DNA of 51,830 nucleotides from Ignavibacteria bacterium (GTDB taxonomy: Bacteria; Bacteroidota; Ignavibacteria; UBA10030; UBA6906), in NCBI GenBank assembly GCA_040290295.1, contig PSMW01000004.1:86168-137997 (forward strand). Reading direction: 5' to 3'. A program made the translations under genes and the position numbers. Below the pieces are notes generated by a model. The model had not been told where the DNA came from and made no database searches. It saw only the letters and a list, made by a program, of their open reading frames with translations. This document shows positions 40,167 through 49,516 of the stretch, in pieces (the stretch's first letter is position 1; each line of letters opens with the position of its first letter).

Positions 40167-40243
40167 GAGTCAGTAAACCAACCGACGAGTCATCGACTGG
40201 ACTTGTCAGTCATAATTTATGGAAGATGGACCCTCGATGGCAA
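40167..40243 (-). promoter_or_regulatory. tetR promoter with phased operator half-sites
   Basis: TTGCCA-N18-TAAATT; AGTCA at 40168, 40188 and 40208; palindrome GACTG-N7-CAGTC at 40195-40211. Confidence 0.55.
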
Positions 40244-40299
40244 CAGATGAAGAAGAAATAATCTTTTGGTTGGGCGAGAGTGTTGAAGAACGCTGCAGA

Positions 40300-40827
40300 T
40301 TATTCGTGGTCGTAGGTAATCAGAGAAAAGACATCGTACTTGCGCAAACGATCTCTGCCGTGCAAGAACGATAATTCGATAAGGAATGCCAGTCCCACAA
40401 CATTTCCCCCCAGTCGTTCGACGAGACGTGCCGCAGCCAGCATAGTACCGCCCGTCGCCAAGAGGTCGTCGATGACCAGCACGCGATCGTTGGGCGTGAT
40501 GGCATCGGTATGAATTTCAAGCGCATCGGTACCGTATTCGAGAGCATACTCTTCGCGAAGAGTTTCCGCGGGAAGTTTGTTGGGTTTACGCACCGGCACG
40601 AAGCCTGCCTGCAAGCGATATGCAAGCGGGGCGCCGAAAATGAAGCCGCGGGATTCGATGCTCACCACTTTCTCGATTGCAGAGCCTTTGAAGTGTTCAT
40701 AGAAAAGATCGATCGCTTCTACGAACGCTTTCGGGTCTTTCAGTAAAGTTGTGATATCGCGAAACACGATCCCTTTCTTCGGAAAGTCGGGGATGCTTCG
40801 GATGGTATCGATAAGATGCGATGACAT
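40300..40827 (-). CDS. apt: Adenine phosphoribosyltransferase
   Basis: [36 protein letters not shown]. Confidence 0.97.
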   Translation of the reverse strand: MSSHLIDTIRSIPDFPKKGIVFRDITTLLKDPKAFVEAIDLFYEHFKGSAIEKVVSIESRGFIFGAPLAYRLQAGFVPVRKPNKLPAETLREEYALEYGTDALEIHTDAITPNDRVLVIDDLLATGGTMLAAARLVERLGGNVVGLAFLIELSFLHGRDRLRKYDVFSLITYDHE

Positions 40828-40837
40828 AGCGTGAGCT

Positions 40838-41620
40838 CTACCACTGGATTTTTTCTTTTCGAAGGAACGCCGCAACGCCTGCTTTGCAGTCTGCGGTCAT
40901 CCGAGCTGCAGCATTCATGTTGGCGGCGAACTCCAAGGAATCGGCTACGTTCAGTCCATGGAGCTTCGAGAGCATTTCCTTGCACAAGCCCATGGCGTGG
41001 AGGCTGTTGTTCGTAATGCATTCTTCGGCAAGCGTATCGGCCGTGCGATCCAGCTCGGCTTGCGGCACGACGATGTTCGCCAGTCCGATGCGATGCGCCT
41101 CCCGAGCTGAAAGAACGTTCCCGCGCAGAATGAGTTCTCGCGCCTTGCCTTCTCCCACGCGCATGATGAGAAAGATCATGACGATGGCAGGAATAAAGCC
41201 AATACGCACCTCCGTGTAACCAAACGTTGCCTGCTCTTCAGACGCCACAATCACGTCGCACACTGTCGCGATGCCACAGCCGCCGGCGAGTGCAGGTCCG
41301 TTGACGACAGCAATCACCGGCTTACGCAGCTCGTAGATCATTTTGAACAGATGTGCCATCTTGCTCGAGTCCTGACGATTTTCTTCGAGGTCGAACGCGG
41401 CAAGCCTGCTCACATATTCGAGGTCTGCCCCCGCGCAAAATGCGCTACCGTTGGCTTTCAACAACACCACTTTCACGTGCTGATCGCGTGACGCTTGCGC
41501 AAACGCCGTCGTCAGTTCGGCAACCATCGTATCATCCAACGCATTGCGTTTCTCAGGACGGTTGAGCGTGATCGTTGCTCGGCGATGGGAAACGTCGTAG
41601 AGAAGTCGGGAGAATTGCAT
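40838..41620 (-). CDS. Enoyl-CoA hydratase family (methylglutaconyl-CoA hydratase-like)
   Basis: [30 protein letters not shown]. Confidence 0.9.
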   Translation of the reverse strand: MQFSRLLYDVSHRRATITLNRPEKRNALDDTMVAELTTAFAQASRDQHVKVVLLKANGSAFCAGADLEYVSRLAAFDLEENRQDSSKMAHLFKMIYELRKPVIAVVNGPALAGGCGIATVCDVIVASEEQATFGYTEVRIGFIPAIVMIFLIMRVGEGKARELILRGNVLSAREAHRIGLANIVVPQAELDRTADTLAEECITNNSLHAMGLCKEMLSKLHGLNVADSLEFAANMNAAARMTADCKAGVAAFLRKEKIQW

Positions 41621-41752
41621 ACGACAAATGAGAGAAACTGTTCAGGAAAAAACAACAACGCTGAGAACCACGCATGGGTCGTTGCGGTGCGAGGGAACGA
41701 CACCCCGTCGTGGATGCCAAAGGTGGTCGATATTCCGCAGCGGTCACGACAC

Positions 41753-42715
41753 TCACCACGATGACTTGAACCAGCTTGCGTCGGTGTAGTAGGGCTTCGT
41801 CAATCCCTCTGTTGTGCGCATCTCTTGCTCCGTCATCGGCTGGAATGTTCTTGCAATGCGAACGTTCTCTTCCAACTCTTCGAGCGTCGAGATACCCACG
41901 ATGACGGTGCTGACCTGCAACGTCAGCACGAAGCGCATGGCTTGCTCCATCGTGGTGATGCCCCCTTCACGGAATATCTTGCCCCGCGCAGGAATCTTCA
42001 TCCCGATAATGCCCATCTTCTTTTCCACAGCGACAGGCAGTAGGTTTGTGATGAAGGATTTGTTATGACGGTCTGCTGCGTTCAGCGCCACGAGTATCGT
42101 ATCGAACGGGTATTGCTCAATCGCTTTCCGCAGGACGAACGGATCGTAATGCCCGGTGATGCCGAGGTAGCGGACTATGCCCTGATCTCGTGCCTGCTCC
42201 AGAGCCTTGATCGCTCCATCGTCGGAAAAGATTCGATCGAGATCATCCTGCGTACGCACGTTGTGGAGTTGCCATACATCGAGATGATCGGTCTGAAGGT
42301 TCTTCAACGATTGCTCCAACAGGCGCATCGAGCCGTCATAACTTCGGCTGTGCGTCTTGGAGGCGAGAAAAACTTCCTTGCGCCGCGACTTCATCACCGA
42401 TCCAATGTAGCGCTCACTGATGCCGCGTCCGTAAGCTGCTGCCGTGTCGATATAGTTCACGCCCAGATCGATAGCGCGAGAAATGATCCTTTCCGACTGT
42501 TCTGCTGTGCCGGATCGTTCAAGCGTTGCCTGCCCACCAAGGCTGAAGATCGCAACCTGATGCGTGGTGCAGCCCAGTGGGCGGAGGGGCATGCGTTGCT
42601 CATCGGACGGATACGCGAGCGCGGCGAGCGGTTTGAGTTTCGACCCTGTGCCTGCCGCCGCTACTGCACTCAAGATAGTGCCGACAAATTTCCTGCGGGA
42701 AAGTTTCCAGTTCAT
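41753..42715 (-). CDS. Aldo/keto reductase with twin-arginine leader
   Basis: SRRKFV Tat motif; IDTAAAYG, ASKT, QLH. Confidence 0.88.
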   Translation of the reverse strand: MNWKLSRRKFVGTILSAVAAAGTGSKLKPLAALAYPSDEQRMPLRPLGCTTHQVAIFSLGGQATLERSGTAEQSERIISRAIDLGVNYIDTAAAYGRGISERYIGSVMKSRRKEVFLASKTHSRSYDGSMRLLEQSLKNLQTDHLDVWQLHNVRTQDDLDRIFSDDGAIKALEQARDQGIVRYLGITGHYDPFVLRKAIEQYPFDTILVALNAADRHNKSFITNLLPVAVEKKMGIIGMKIPARGKIFREGGITTMEQAMRFVLTLQVSTVIVGISTLEELEENVRIARTFQPMTEQEMRTTEGLTKPYYTDASWFKSSW

Positions 42716-42799
42716 AGAGCCTCCGTCGGAAAAGATTTTCTGCTGTTAGATGAAACTGAAATCGCCGCTCAAGTGCAACTGTGTGGGTAACAAGAGTCT

Positions 42800-43264
42800 T
42801 CATCCATCGAGTTTTCGCTCGAGGTACGAACGGTAGTCGCGCAACACCGGTGTGTATCGTTCCCGAATAAGGTACGATGAAATGAGAAAGTCCGCGGTCG
42901 AACGATTGCATGCACAGGGAATGTTGTACAGAACCGCGATCCGCAGCAATGCTTTGACATCGACATCATGCGGTTGAGGTTGCATCGGATCCCAGAAGAA
43001 GATCAGAATGTCGATGCCGCCCTCGGCGATCATCGCACCTAACTGCTGATCACCCCCGAACGGTCCCGACTTGAGCTTCTTGACTGTGACGTCCGATCCG
43101 GGATCGAGATGCCGCTTCAACGCGGCTTCGACCAACGTTCCCGTTGTGCCGGTGCAGATGAGTTCGTGACGCAGCAACACTTCTCGGTTCCACTCTACCC
43201 ATTCGACCAAGTCCTGTTTACAGTTGTCGTGCGCAACGAGCGCTATCCGTTTTGTTATTTCCAT
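42800..43264 (-). CDS. mgsA: Methylglyoxal synthase
   Basis: IALVAHD, TGTTG, SGPxGGDQQ, PHDVDVKALLR. Confidence 0.96.
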   Translation of the reverse strand: MEITKRIALVAHDNCKQDLVEWVEWNREVLLRHELICTGTTGTLVEAALKRHLDPGSDVTVKKLKSGPFGGDQQLGAMIAEGGIDILIFFWDPMQPQPHDVDVKALLRIAVLYNIPCACNRSTADFLISSYLIRERYTPVLRDYRSYLERKLDG

Positions 43265-43458
43265 AAAGCTCCTCTGGTGCGAAGAGTGTGCGTCAATGTG
43301 AACGTCTCCCTGGACGAACGCATCGAATCATTGACAACAACAAGCGCCGCTTGCCTTAGCGGGCAATGTCCCCGCCGACATGACGTGGTATGGCTCGAAA
43401 CGAAAACTCCCGCGCATCCGATTGATGCGCGGGAGCGGCGTTGATCGAGGTGCGATGA

Positions 43459-44884
43459 CTAACAATCGTAGTACAAGCCGAATTCGAAGGGATGCGGTCG
43501 CAGTGCCATCGTCTTCACTTCCTTCTCCATCTTGTAGGTGATCCACGTTTCGATTACGTCTTCTGTGAACACATCACCGCGCATCAAGAAATCGTGATCG
43601 CGTTCCAACGCTTTGATGGCTTCTTCGAGCGATCCCGGCGTCGAGGGAACATCCTTGAGTTCCTCTGGATCCATATCATAAATGTCTTTATCGAGCGGTT
43701 CGCCCGGATCGATCTTGTTAATGATGCCGTCGAGTCCTGCCAACAGCATAGCGGCAAATTGCAGGTACGGATTACCGGAAGCATCGGGGCATCGGAACTC
43801 GATGCGTTTTGATTTCGGATTCGAGGAGTACATCGGAATGCGTACCGACGCACTGCGGTTGCGCTGTGAGTACGCAAGGTTCACCGGTGCTTCGAAGCCC
43901 GGTACCAAGCGCTTGTAGGAATTGGTTGTAGGATTGGTGATGGCGCACAGGGCAGGTGCATGCTTCAGCAGCCCACCGATATAGTACAGCGCCGTCTCAC
44001 TCAAGTTAGCGTACCCGTTGCCGTAGAAGAGAGGCTTGCCGTTCTTCCACAAGCTCTGATGGACGTGCATACCGGAACCGTTGTCTCCGAAGATCGGCTT
44101 TGGCATGAAGGTCGCCGTTTTGCCGCGTGCACGCGCAGTGTTCTTGATGACGTATTTGAACAGCATCATGTCATCGGCGTGTTTGAGCAGGTTAGCAAAC
44201 TTCAAATCGATCTCCGCTTGCCCGCCGCTGGCGACCTCGTGGTGCTGTGTCTCGACCTCCTGCCGCGATCATGTTCGCGACCATCTCGTTGCGTAGATCC
44301 ATCAGGTGGTCAATGGGAGGCGCAGGATAGTAGCCTTCCTTGTAGCGCGGCTTGTAGCCGAGGTTCGGCATTTCATCGCGCCCCGAGTTCCATCGTCCTT
44401 CGATCGAGTCCACGTAATAATAACTGCTATTTCCGTTCGTATCGAAACGGATGTCGTCGAAAATGAAGAACTCAGCCTCCGCACCCATGTAGGCAACATC
44501 CGCAATGCCTGTCGACATCATGTACTGCTCGGCTTTGTGCGCGATGCCGCGAGCGCAACGGCTGAATCGTTCCTTGGTCAGCGGGTCGAAGATTTCGCAG
44601 ATGAAGCTGATCGTGGCCACTTGAACGAACGGATCGATGAACGCGGTCTGGGGATCCGGCACCATCAACATGTCGCTTTCGTTGATCGCCTTGAACCCGC
44701 GGACCGATGAGCCGTCGAACCCGAACCCGTCTTCGAACGATGACTCTTCCAACCGATACACAGGCACCGTTACGTGCTGCCACACACCGAGAAGATCGAC
44801 AAATTTGAGATCGACCATCTTCACGTTGTTGTCTTTAATCATCTTAAAGACATGGGCGATTGCCGATGCAGATTTTTTTGCCAT
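43459..44884 (-). pseudogene. glnA: Type I glutamine synthetase, frameshifted near 44260
   Basis: FDGSS and EAEFF in one frame; HHEV, ATFMPKP, NGSGMH, YKRLVPG and RIEFR in another. Confidence 0.9.
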
Positions 44885-44929
44885 GAGTGATCCTTTGTTT
44901 TTTGGGGATGATGAGTGAAACAATGTGAC

Positions 44930-46167
44930 TTACACAAGTTCGTGATAGCCTTTCTCGCCATGTTCGACGAGATCCAGTCCTTCGTGCTGGTGTTCGTCGC
45001 TGCTACGAATGCCGACGGCCGCATCGAGGAGTTTCAACAGCAAAAACGTCACCGCTGCGGAAAACGCCGCGGTCGCTGCGACTCCAACCAACTGAATCCC
45101 CACCAAGGAGACATTGCCGTAGAGCAACCCGTCATTGCCGGCCGGGTTCACGGATTTCGATGCGAGCACACCCGTCATCAGCGCCCCGAACATGCCGCCA
45201 ACGCCATGAACAGAGAATGCGTCTAACGAATCATCGAGGTTCCATTTCATCCGCCAGGTAACAGCCCCATAGCACAGCGCGGCAACACCCAAACCGATGG
45301 TAACAGCACCCAAGGGCGACACGAATCCGCAAGCGGGAGTGATCGCAACCAGTCCCGCAACTGCCCCCGTAATAGCACCGACAGCCGTAGATTTTCCTTT
45401 GATGAACGTATCGAGCAGAACCCAGCCGAGGAGACCTGATGCGGCAGCAACGTTTGTATTGACGAACGCTGTTGTCGCAAGCGCACCGGAACCGATAGCA
45501 CTGCCGGCGTTGAACCCTAACCACCCGAACCAGAGCATTCCAGCACCGAGGATTGCAAGAGTGACGTTATGCGGCGGCATCGTGCGCTGCAGAAAACCTC
45601 GCCGTGGTCCCAGCATCAGCGCACTACCAAAGCTGCCACACCCGCGTTGACGTGAACAACCGTTCCGCCGGCAAAATCAAGAGCACCCATCGTGCGCAGC
45701 CAGCCACCAACGCCCCACACCCAATGGGCGACCACATCGTAGGCAAGTGTTGACCAAAGAAAAATGAAAATGACATAGGCTTTGAATTTCATCCGTTCGA
45801 CGATTGCCCCCGAAATGAGAGCGGGCGTAATGATGGCAAACATCGCTTGATAGATCATGAACGCCTGGTGCGGTATCGTCGGTGAGTACGCCTCGCTTGG
45901 CAGCAACCCGACGCCGTTCAGTCCGACCCAATCGAAGCTGCCCAAGACACTACCGAACACAGTCGCGTTCGGAGCAAAGGCGAGACTGTAACCCCAGAGC
46001 ACCCACTGAACGGTGACGACACCCATCGCCACGAGACTCATCATCATCGTGTTCACGACGTTCTTGCTGCGAGCTAAGCCGCCGTAGAAGAACGCCAACC
46101 CGGGTGTCATGAACAGTACGAGCGCGGCCGAAAGCAAAAGAAAAGCGGTGTCCCCCGTATCAATCAC
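44930..46167 (-). pseudogene. amtB: Ammonium transporter, frameshifted near 45623 into two abutting ORFs (46167-45616 and 45616-44930)
   Basis: MTPGLAFFYGG, DFAGGTVVH, LWFGWLGFN, ITP, DDSLDAFSVHG. Confidence 0.88.
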
Positions 46168-46640
46168 TTCGATCCCTCAACTTTGATGTAGTATGTTTCC
46201 TTGGATGTCGAAAGAACAAGATGCGTTCGCGTACTGATGACGCCTATCCAGGCTTGAATCTTTGCCAAGAGTTTCTCCAGCGAGTTCGTGTTGGCGGTTC
46301 TCACCTTCAGGAGGTGTGAGCCTTCGCCCGTAATGGCATGGCATTCCAGAATGTCATCCATGTGTCGCGCATGTTCCAGAAACGAGGCATAATGTTTCGA
46401 GGAATCCACCGTAACGAAGATAAAAGCGGTGATGTCTTTTCCTAACTTTTTCGGATCTACGGTTGCGTAGTACCCGGTGATCACGCCGCTGTCCTCCAGC
46501 TTCTTGAGACGGTCGCTTACCGATGGCAGCGATAACTGGACGGCCTCTGCCAGATCGTTGCGTTTCGTTCTTCCGTTTTTTTGAAGAATGTCAAGAATCT
46601 TCAGATCGATATCGTCGAGCGTAATAGGCGTGGTCGGCAA
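46164..46640 (-). CDS. Lrp/AsnC family regulator
   Basis: LDDIDLKILDILQKNGR, HTH, ECHAITG; TTG start; stop overlaps the amtB GTG. Confidence 0.92.
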   Translation of the reverse strand: MPTTPITLDDIDLKILDILQKNGRTKRNDLAEAVQLSLPSVSDRLKKLEDSGVITGYYATVDPKKLGKDITAFIFVTVDSSKHYASFLEHARHMDDILECHAITGEGSHLLKVRTANTNSLEKLLAKIQAWIGVISTRTHLVLSTSKETYYIKVEGSK

Positions 46641-46652
46641 GTGCTTTCAATG

Positions 46653-46669
46653 ACCTTAGTAAGTAAGGT
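46653..46669. promoter_or_regulatory. Palindromic operator candidate
   Basis: ACCTTA-N5-TAAGGT between the promoter and the lrp start. Confidence 0.45.
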
Positions 46670-46690
46670 AATATCCTATTGTTGGCTTCC

Positions 46691-46719
46691 AATATAAGGC
46701 AAGAAGAGGGTTTTGTCAA
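46691..46719 (-). promoter_or_regulatory. Near-consensus sigma70 promoter of lrp-amtB-glnA
   Basis: TTGACA-N17-TATATT. Confidence 0.75.
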
Positions 46720-46806
46720 GATATATTTTTGAGAGATGTGACGCAGCCAATACAGGCGGCGCCGGGGAGAAGACTTTTGCGTGGGTCGGGGGGGGTGGGG
46801 TCGCAG

Positions 46807-47490
46807 CTATGCTGCTTGCGTCTTGGCAATTGTGGCTCGGAGAGAAGCGATGGCATCAGCAATATTGCCGCCGCCGAACACGTAATTGCCCGCAACGAGC
46901 ACGTTCGCTCCTGCTTGCAGCACGGCAGCCGCTGTCTCATCGTCGATCCCACCATCCACTTCGAGAAAGACCTCCGGCTTGATCTGCTTGATCATGTCGG
47001 CAGCCTCGCGAAGTTTTTGTGTCGACGTAGGGATGAATCGCTGACCGCCAAAGCCGGGATTGACGGACATGATAAGAACCAAATCCACGTACGGAAGAAT
47101 GTCGCGCACTAGTCGCACAGGCGTTGCGGGATTGATGCAGACGCCGGCAAGCATTCCCAGTTCTTTGATACGAGTGACAGTGCGGTGCAGGTGCGTGCAA
47201 GCTTCGAAGTGTACGGTGAGATGATCCGCTCCTGCAGCATGAAACGTCTCGATGTAGGCATCGGCGTTTTCGATCATGAGGTGTGTATCGAACGGGAGGG
47301 CCGTCAGTTTACGCAGCGATTTGATCACGGGAGGACCGAATGAAATGTTGGGGACAAAGTGCCCATCCATGATGTCAAGATGAAGCCAATCGGCACCGAA
47401 CTTCTCTGCAAGCTGGATCTGAGACTGCAGGTTGGCGAAATCTGCCGAGAGAATCGAAGGAGCGATCTTGATTGCGTCAGTGTTCGTCAC
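46807..47490 (-). CDS. rpe: Ribulose-phosphate 3-epimerase
   Basis: IAPSILSADF, HLDIMDGHFVPN, MSVNPGFGGQ, VDGG. Confidence 0.97.
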   Translation of the reverse strand: MTNTDAIKIAPSILSADFANLQSQIQLAEKFGADWLHLDIMDGHFVPNISFGPPVIKSLRKLTALPFDTHLMIENADAYIETFHAAGADHLTVHFEACTHLHRTVTRIKELGMLAGVCINPATPVRLVRDILPYVDLVLIMSVNPGFGGQRFIPTSTQKLREAADMIKQIKPEVFLEVDGGIDDETAAAVLQAGANVLVAGNYVFGGGNIADAIASLRATIAKTQAA

Positions 47491-48274
47491 GGATTTTTCC
47501 AGCTTTGACGATGAACAGATTTACCCGCTTCGTACTATCGGCAGGGGCGCCGGGCTGCGGGAATTGATCGACAATGGTGTTCGGCAACAGATCGGGATTG
47601 ACCTGGTATTCAACATTGCCCACCTTCAGTCCCATGCGAGCGAGCATGCGCTCTGCCTCACTCAACGACAAGCCCGTGAGGTCGGGCACTTCCAGAGCTA
47701 GCACTCCACGTCCCACACTCACAACAACATCGATCGACGTCCCCTTCCTCACTCTTGCGTTGGGTGCCAAGGTCTGCCCCATGATTGTGTTTGCCGGGAG
47801 CGAGTCAGACGCCGCATAATGCACCTCACCCAAGACGATGCCGTTTCTTTCCAACGCAAATCGTGCATCGCGTAGCGACCGCCCTCGTAAAGAGGGCACC
47901 GTCACCAATACCTCCCCGCCGCAGACTGTGAGATACACGTGCCTGCCATACTTGACAACAGCGTTGGGGCGAGGATTTTGCGTCACCACCGTTCCGACGG
48001 GCACGTTGTTGTCGAGGATAACCTCGCTCTGGATGCCAACCAAACCGAGCTCATCGAGCCGCTTGATGGCATCTTCCACGCGCATCCTTGTCAAGTCCGG
48101 CACTGTCAGGGTTCCACCGTGATTTACGTACCACGGAAGGATGATGTAATTCATGAGCAAGAACATCACCATGAAGAAGCCGAAAGGAACGAGCACCCAC
48201 TTGCTCGTTACCAGATTGAGTAGCGCTGCGAGGATCTTCTTGCCAACAGACTGTACAAACGCTCTTGTATTCAT
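47477..48274 (-). CDS. Membrane-anchored triple-PASTA domain protein (no kinase domain)
   Basis: One TM helix, then three VPxLxG/R...QxP repeats. Confidence 0.88.
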   Translation of the reverse strand: MNTRAFVQSVGKKILAALLNLVTSKWVLVPFGFFMVMFLLMNYIILPWYVNHGGTLTVPDLTRMRVEDAIKRLDELGLVGIQSEVILDNNVPVGTVVTQNPRPNAVVKYGRHVYLTVCGGEVLVTVPSLRGRSLRDARFALERNGIVLGEVHYAASDSLPANTIMGQTLAPNARVRKGTSIDVVVSVGRGVLALEVPDLTGLSLSEAERMLARMGLKVGNVEYQVNPDLLPNTIVDQFPQPGAPADSTKRVNLFIVKAGKIRDEH

Positions 48275-48326
48275 TCTTTGCGAAAAAAATATACTGAAAT
48301 GCGCCCCCATCCACAACAAAGGCGGC

Positions 48327-48355
48327 TTGCATCACTGAGCCAATCTTGCCATATT
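48327..48355 (+). promoter_or_regulatory. Putative promoter of the radical SAM cluster
   Basis: TTGCAT-N17-CATATT with TGn extended -10. Confidence 0.5.
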
Positions 48356-48386
48356 AAGACCAACGATATCCCTCACAGGCTCCCCT

Positions 48387-49304
48387 ATGGAAATGCAGGC
48401 TGCAGTGCTGAGAACCCTCTTGTACTACGACATTTGGTCGCATCCGTTGACGGAAGAAGAATTGTTCACGTTTCTGCCTGTAAACTCGATGACGTTCGAG
48501 CAGTTCCGAGAGCAGTTACGAGCAATGCCTCGGGATGTTGTTACTTCGAGGGATGGTTTCTACTTTCTCACAGCAAAGTCATCGGCTGTGGTCAAGCAAC
48601 GACTGCGCCGTATGCGTCATGCACGCCGCATGTGGCTGCTGGCGAGATTCGGTACGCATGTCATCAAGCGCTTCCCATTCGTGCGAGCAGTGTTTGTGTC
48701 GGGAGATCTTTCGAAGAATGCTACGCACAAGAAAAGCGACGTGGACTTTTTCATCGTCACCGAACCAGGCAGGTTATGGATCACGCGAACGCTGCTCGTC
48801 CTCTTCAAGAAAGTCGTTTTTTTGAATAGCAAGAAGTTCTTTTGCATCAACTCCTTGGTTGCCACGGACGCATTGCAGTTCGATGAACACAATATCTACA
48901 CAGCAACGGAGGTTGCGACGCTGAAACCGCTCTACAATTCGAAACTGTTTTTCGAGTACCTCAAAGCAAACGAGTGGATCAAACAGTATTTCCCGAACTT
49001 CGAGCCGAAGAATCTCTGGTTGCCTGCGTGCAACAACAAGGCGAGCGTGCTCCAGCGATTGCTCGAGTTGCCGTTTCGGTTGATCGATGCCGACCGGCTT
49101 GATGTACGGTTGATGGAGATGATGCGCCGCGTGTGGGCACAACGCTATCCTACGGTTGACGAGCAGACGCGTGCGCGTATCTTCCGCTGTACGCGAGGTG
49201 ACTCGCGCGCCTTCGTTGGTAATTTTCAAGAAGCGATTCTCGCATTGTATGCCCAACGGTTGAACAGGTTCGGGCTGACCACCGATACTCGTTTCTGGTC
49301 ATGA
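48387..49304 (+). CDS. Nucleotidyltransferase-domain protein (pol-beta-like)
   Basis: FVSGDLSK...SDVDFFIV (GS...DxD-type motif); N-terminal PLTEEEL helix region. Confidence 0.7.
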   Translation: MEMQAAVLRTLLYYDIWSHPLTEEELFTFLPVNSMTFEQFREQLRAMPRDVVTSRDGFYFLTAKSSAVVKQRLRRMRHARRMWLLARFGTHVIKRFPFVRAVFVSGDLSKNATHKKSDVDFFIVTEPGRLWITRTLLVLFKKVVFLNSKKFFCINSLVATDALQFDEHNIYTATEVATLKPLYNSKLFFEYLKANEWIKQYFPNFEPKNLWLPACNNKASVLQRLLELPFRLIDADRLDVRLMEMMRRVWAQRYPTVDEQTRARIFRCTRGDSRAFVGNFQEAILALYAQRLNRFGLTTDTRFWS

Positions 49305-49516
49305 AGCTTGCACTGGCAACGTTCGTTCTTGCGGCGAATCTCTTGCTTGTTGCCCCTGCCGCGGCGACATTGACAACACCGCAAGCAAAGATCGTGTATG
49401 TTCTCCCGGATCGCATTCGCCACTCGCGGCGAAGCCGGAGAACCGGCGCACCGATGGGTCTTGCTCGATTAGGCTATGGATGTTCTCTTCACGCATTCGT
49501 ACTTCCTTCGGTTTGA
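49301..49516 (+). CDS. Short ORF with signal peptide, possibly a truncated remnant
   Basis: ATGA-coupled start, MKLALATFVLAANLLLVAPAAA; overlaps the next gene by 41 nt. Confidence 0.3.
   Translation: MKLALATFVLAANLLLVAPAAATLTTPQAKIVYVLPDRIRHSRRSRRTGAPMGLARLGYGCSLHAFVLPSV

Noticed and set aside
44250-45630. Programmed frameshifting in glnA or amtB
   Set aside because: No slippery heptamer or homopolymer at either break, and codons appear to be missing in glnA.
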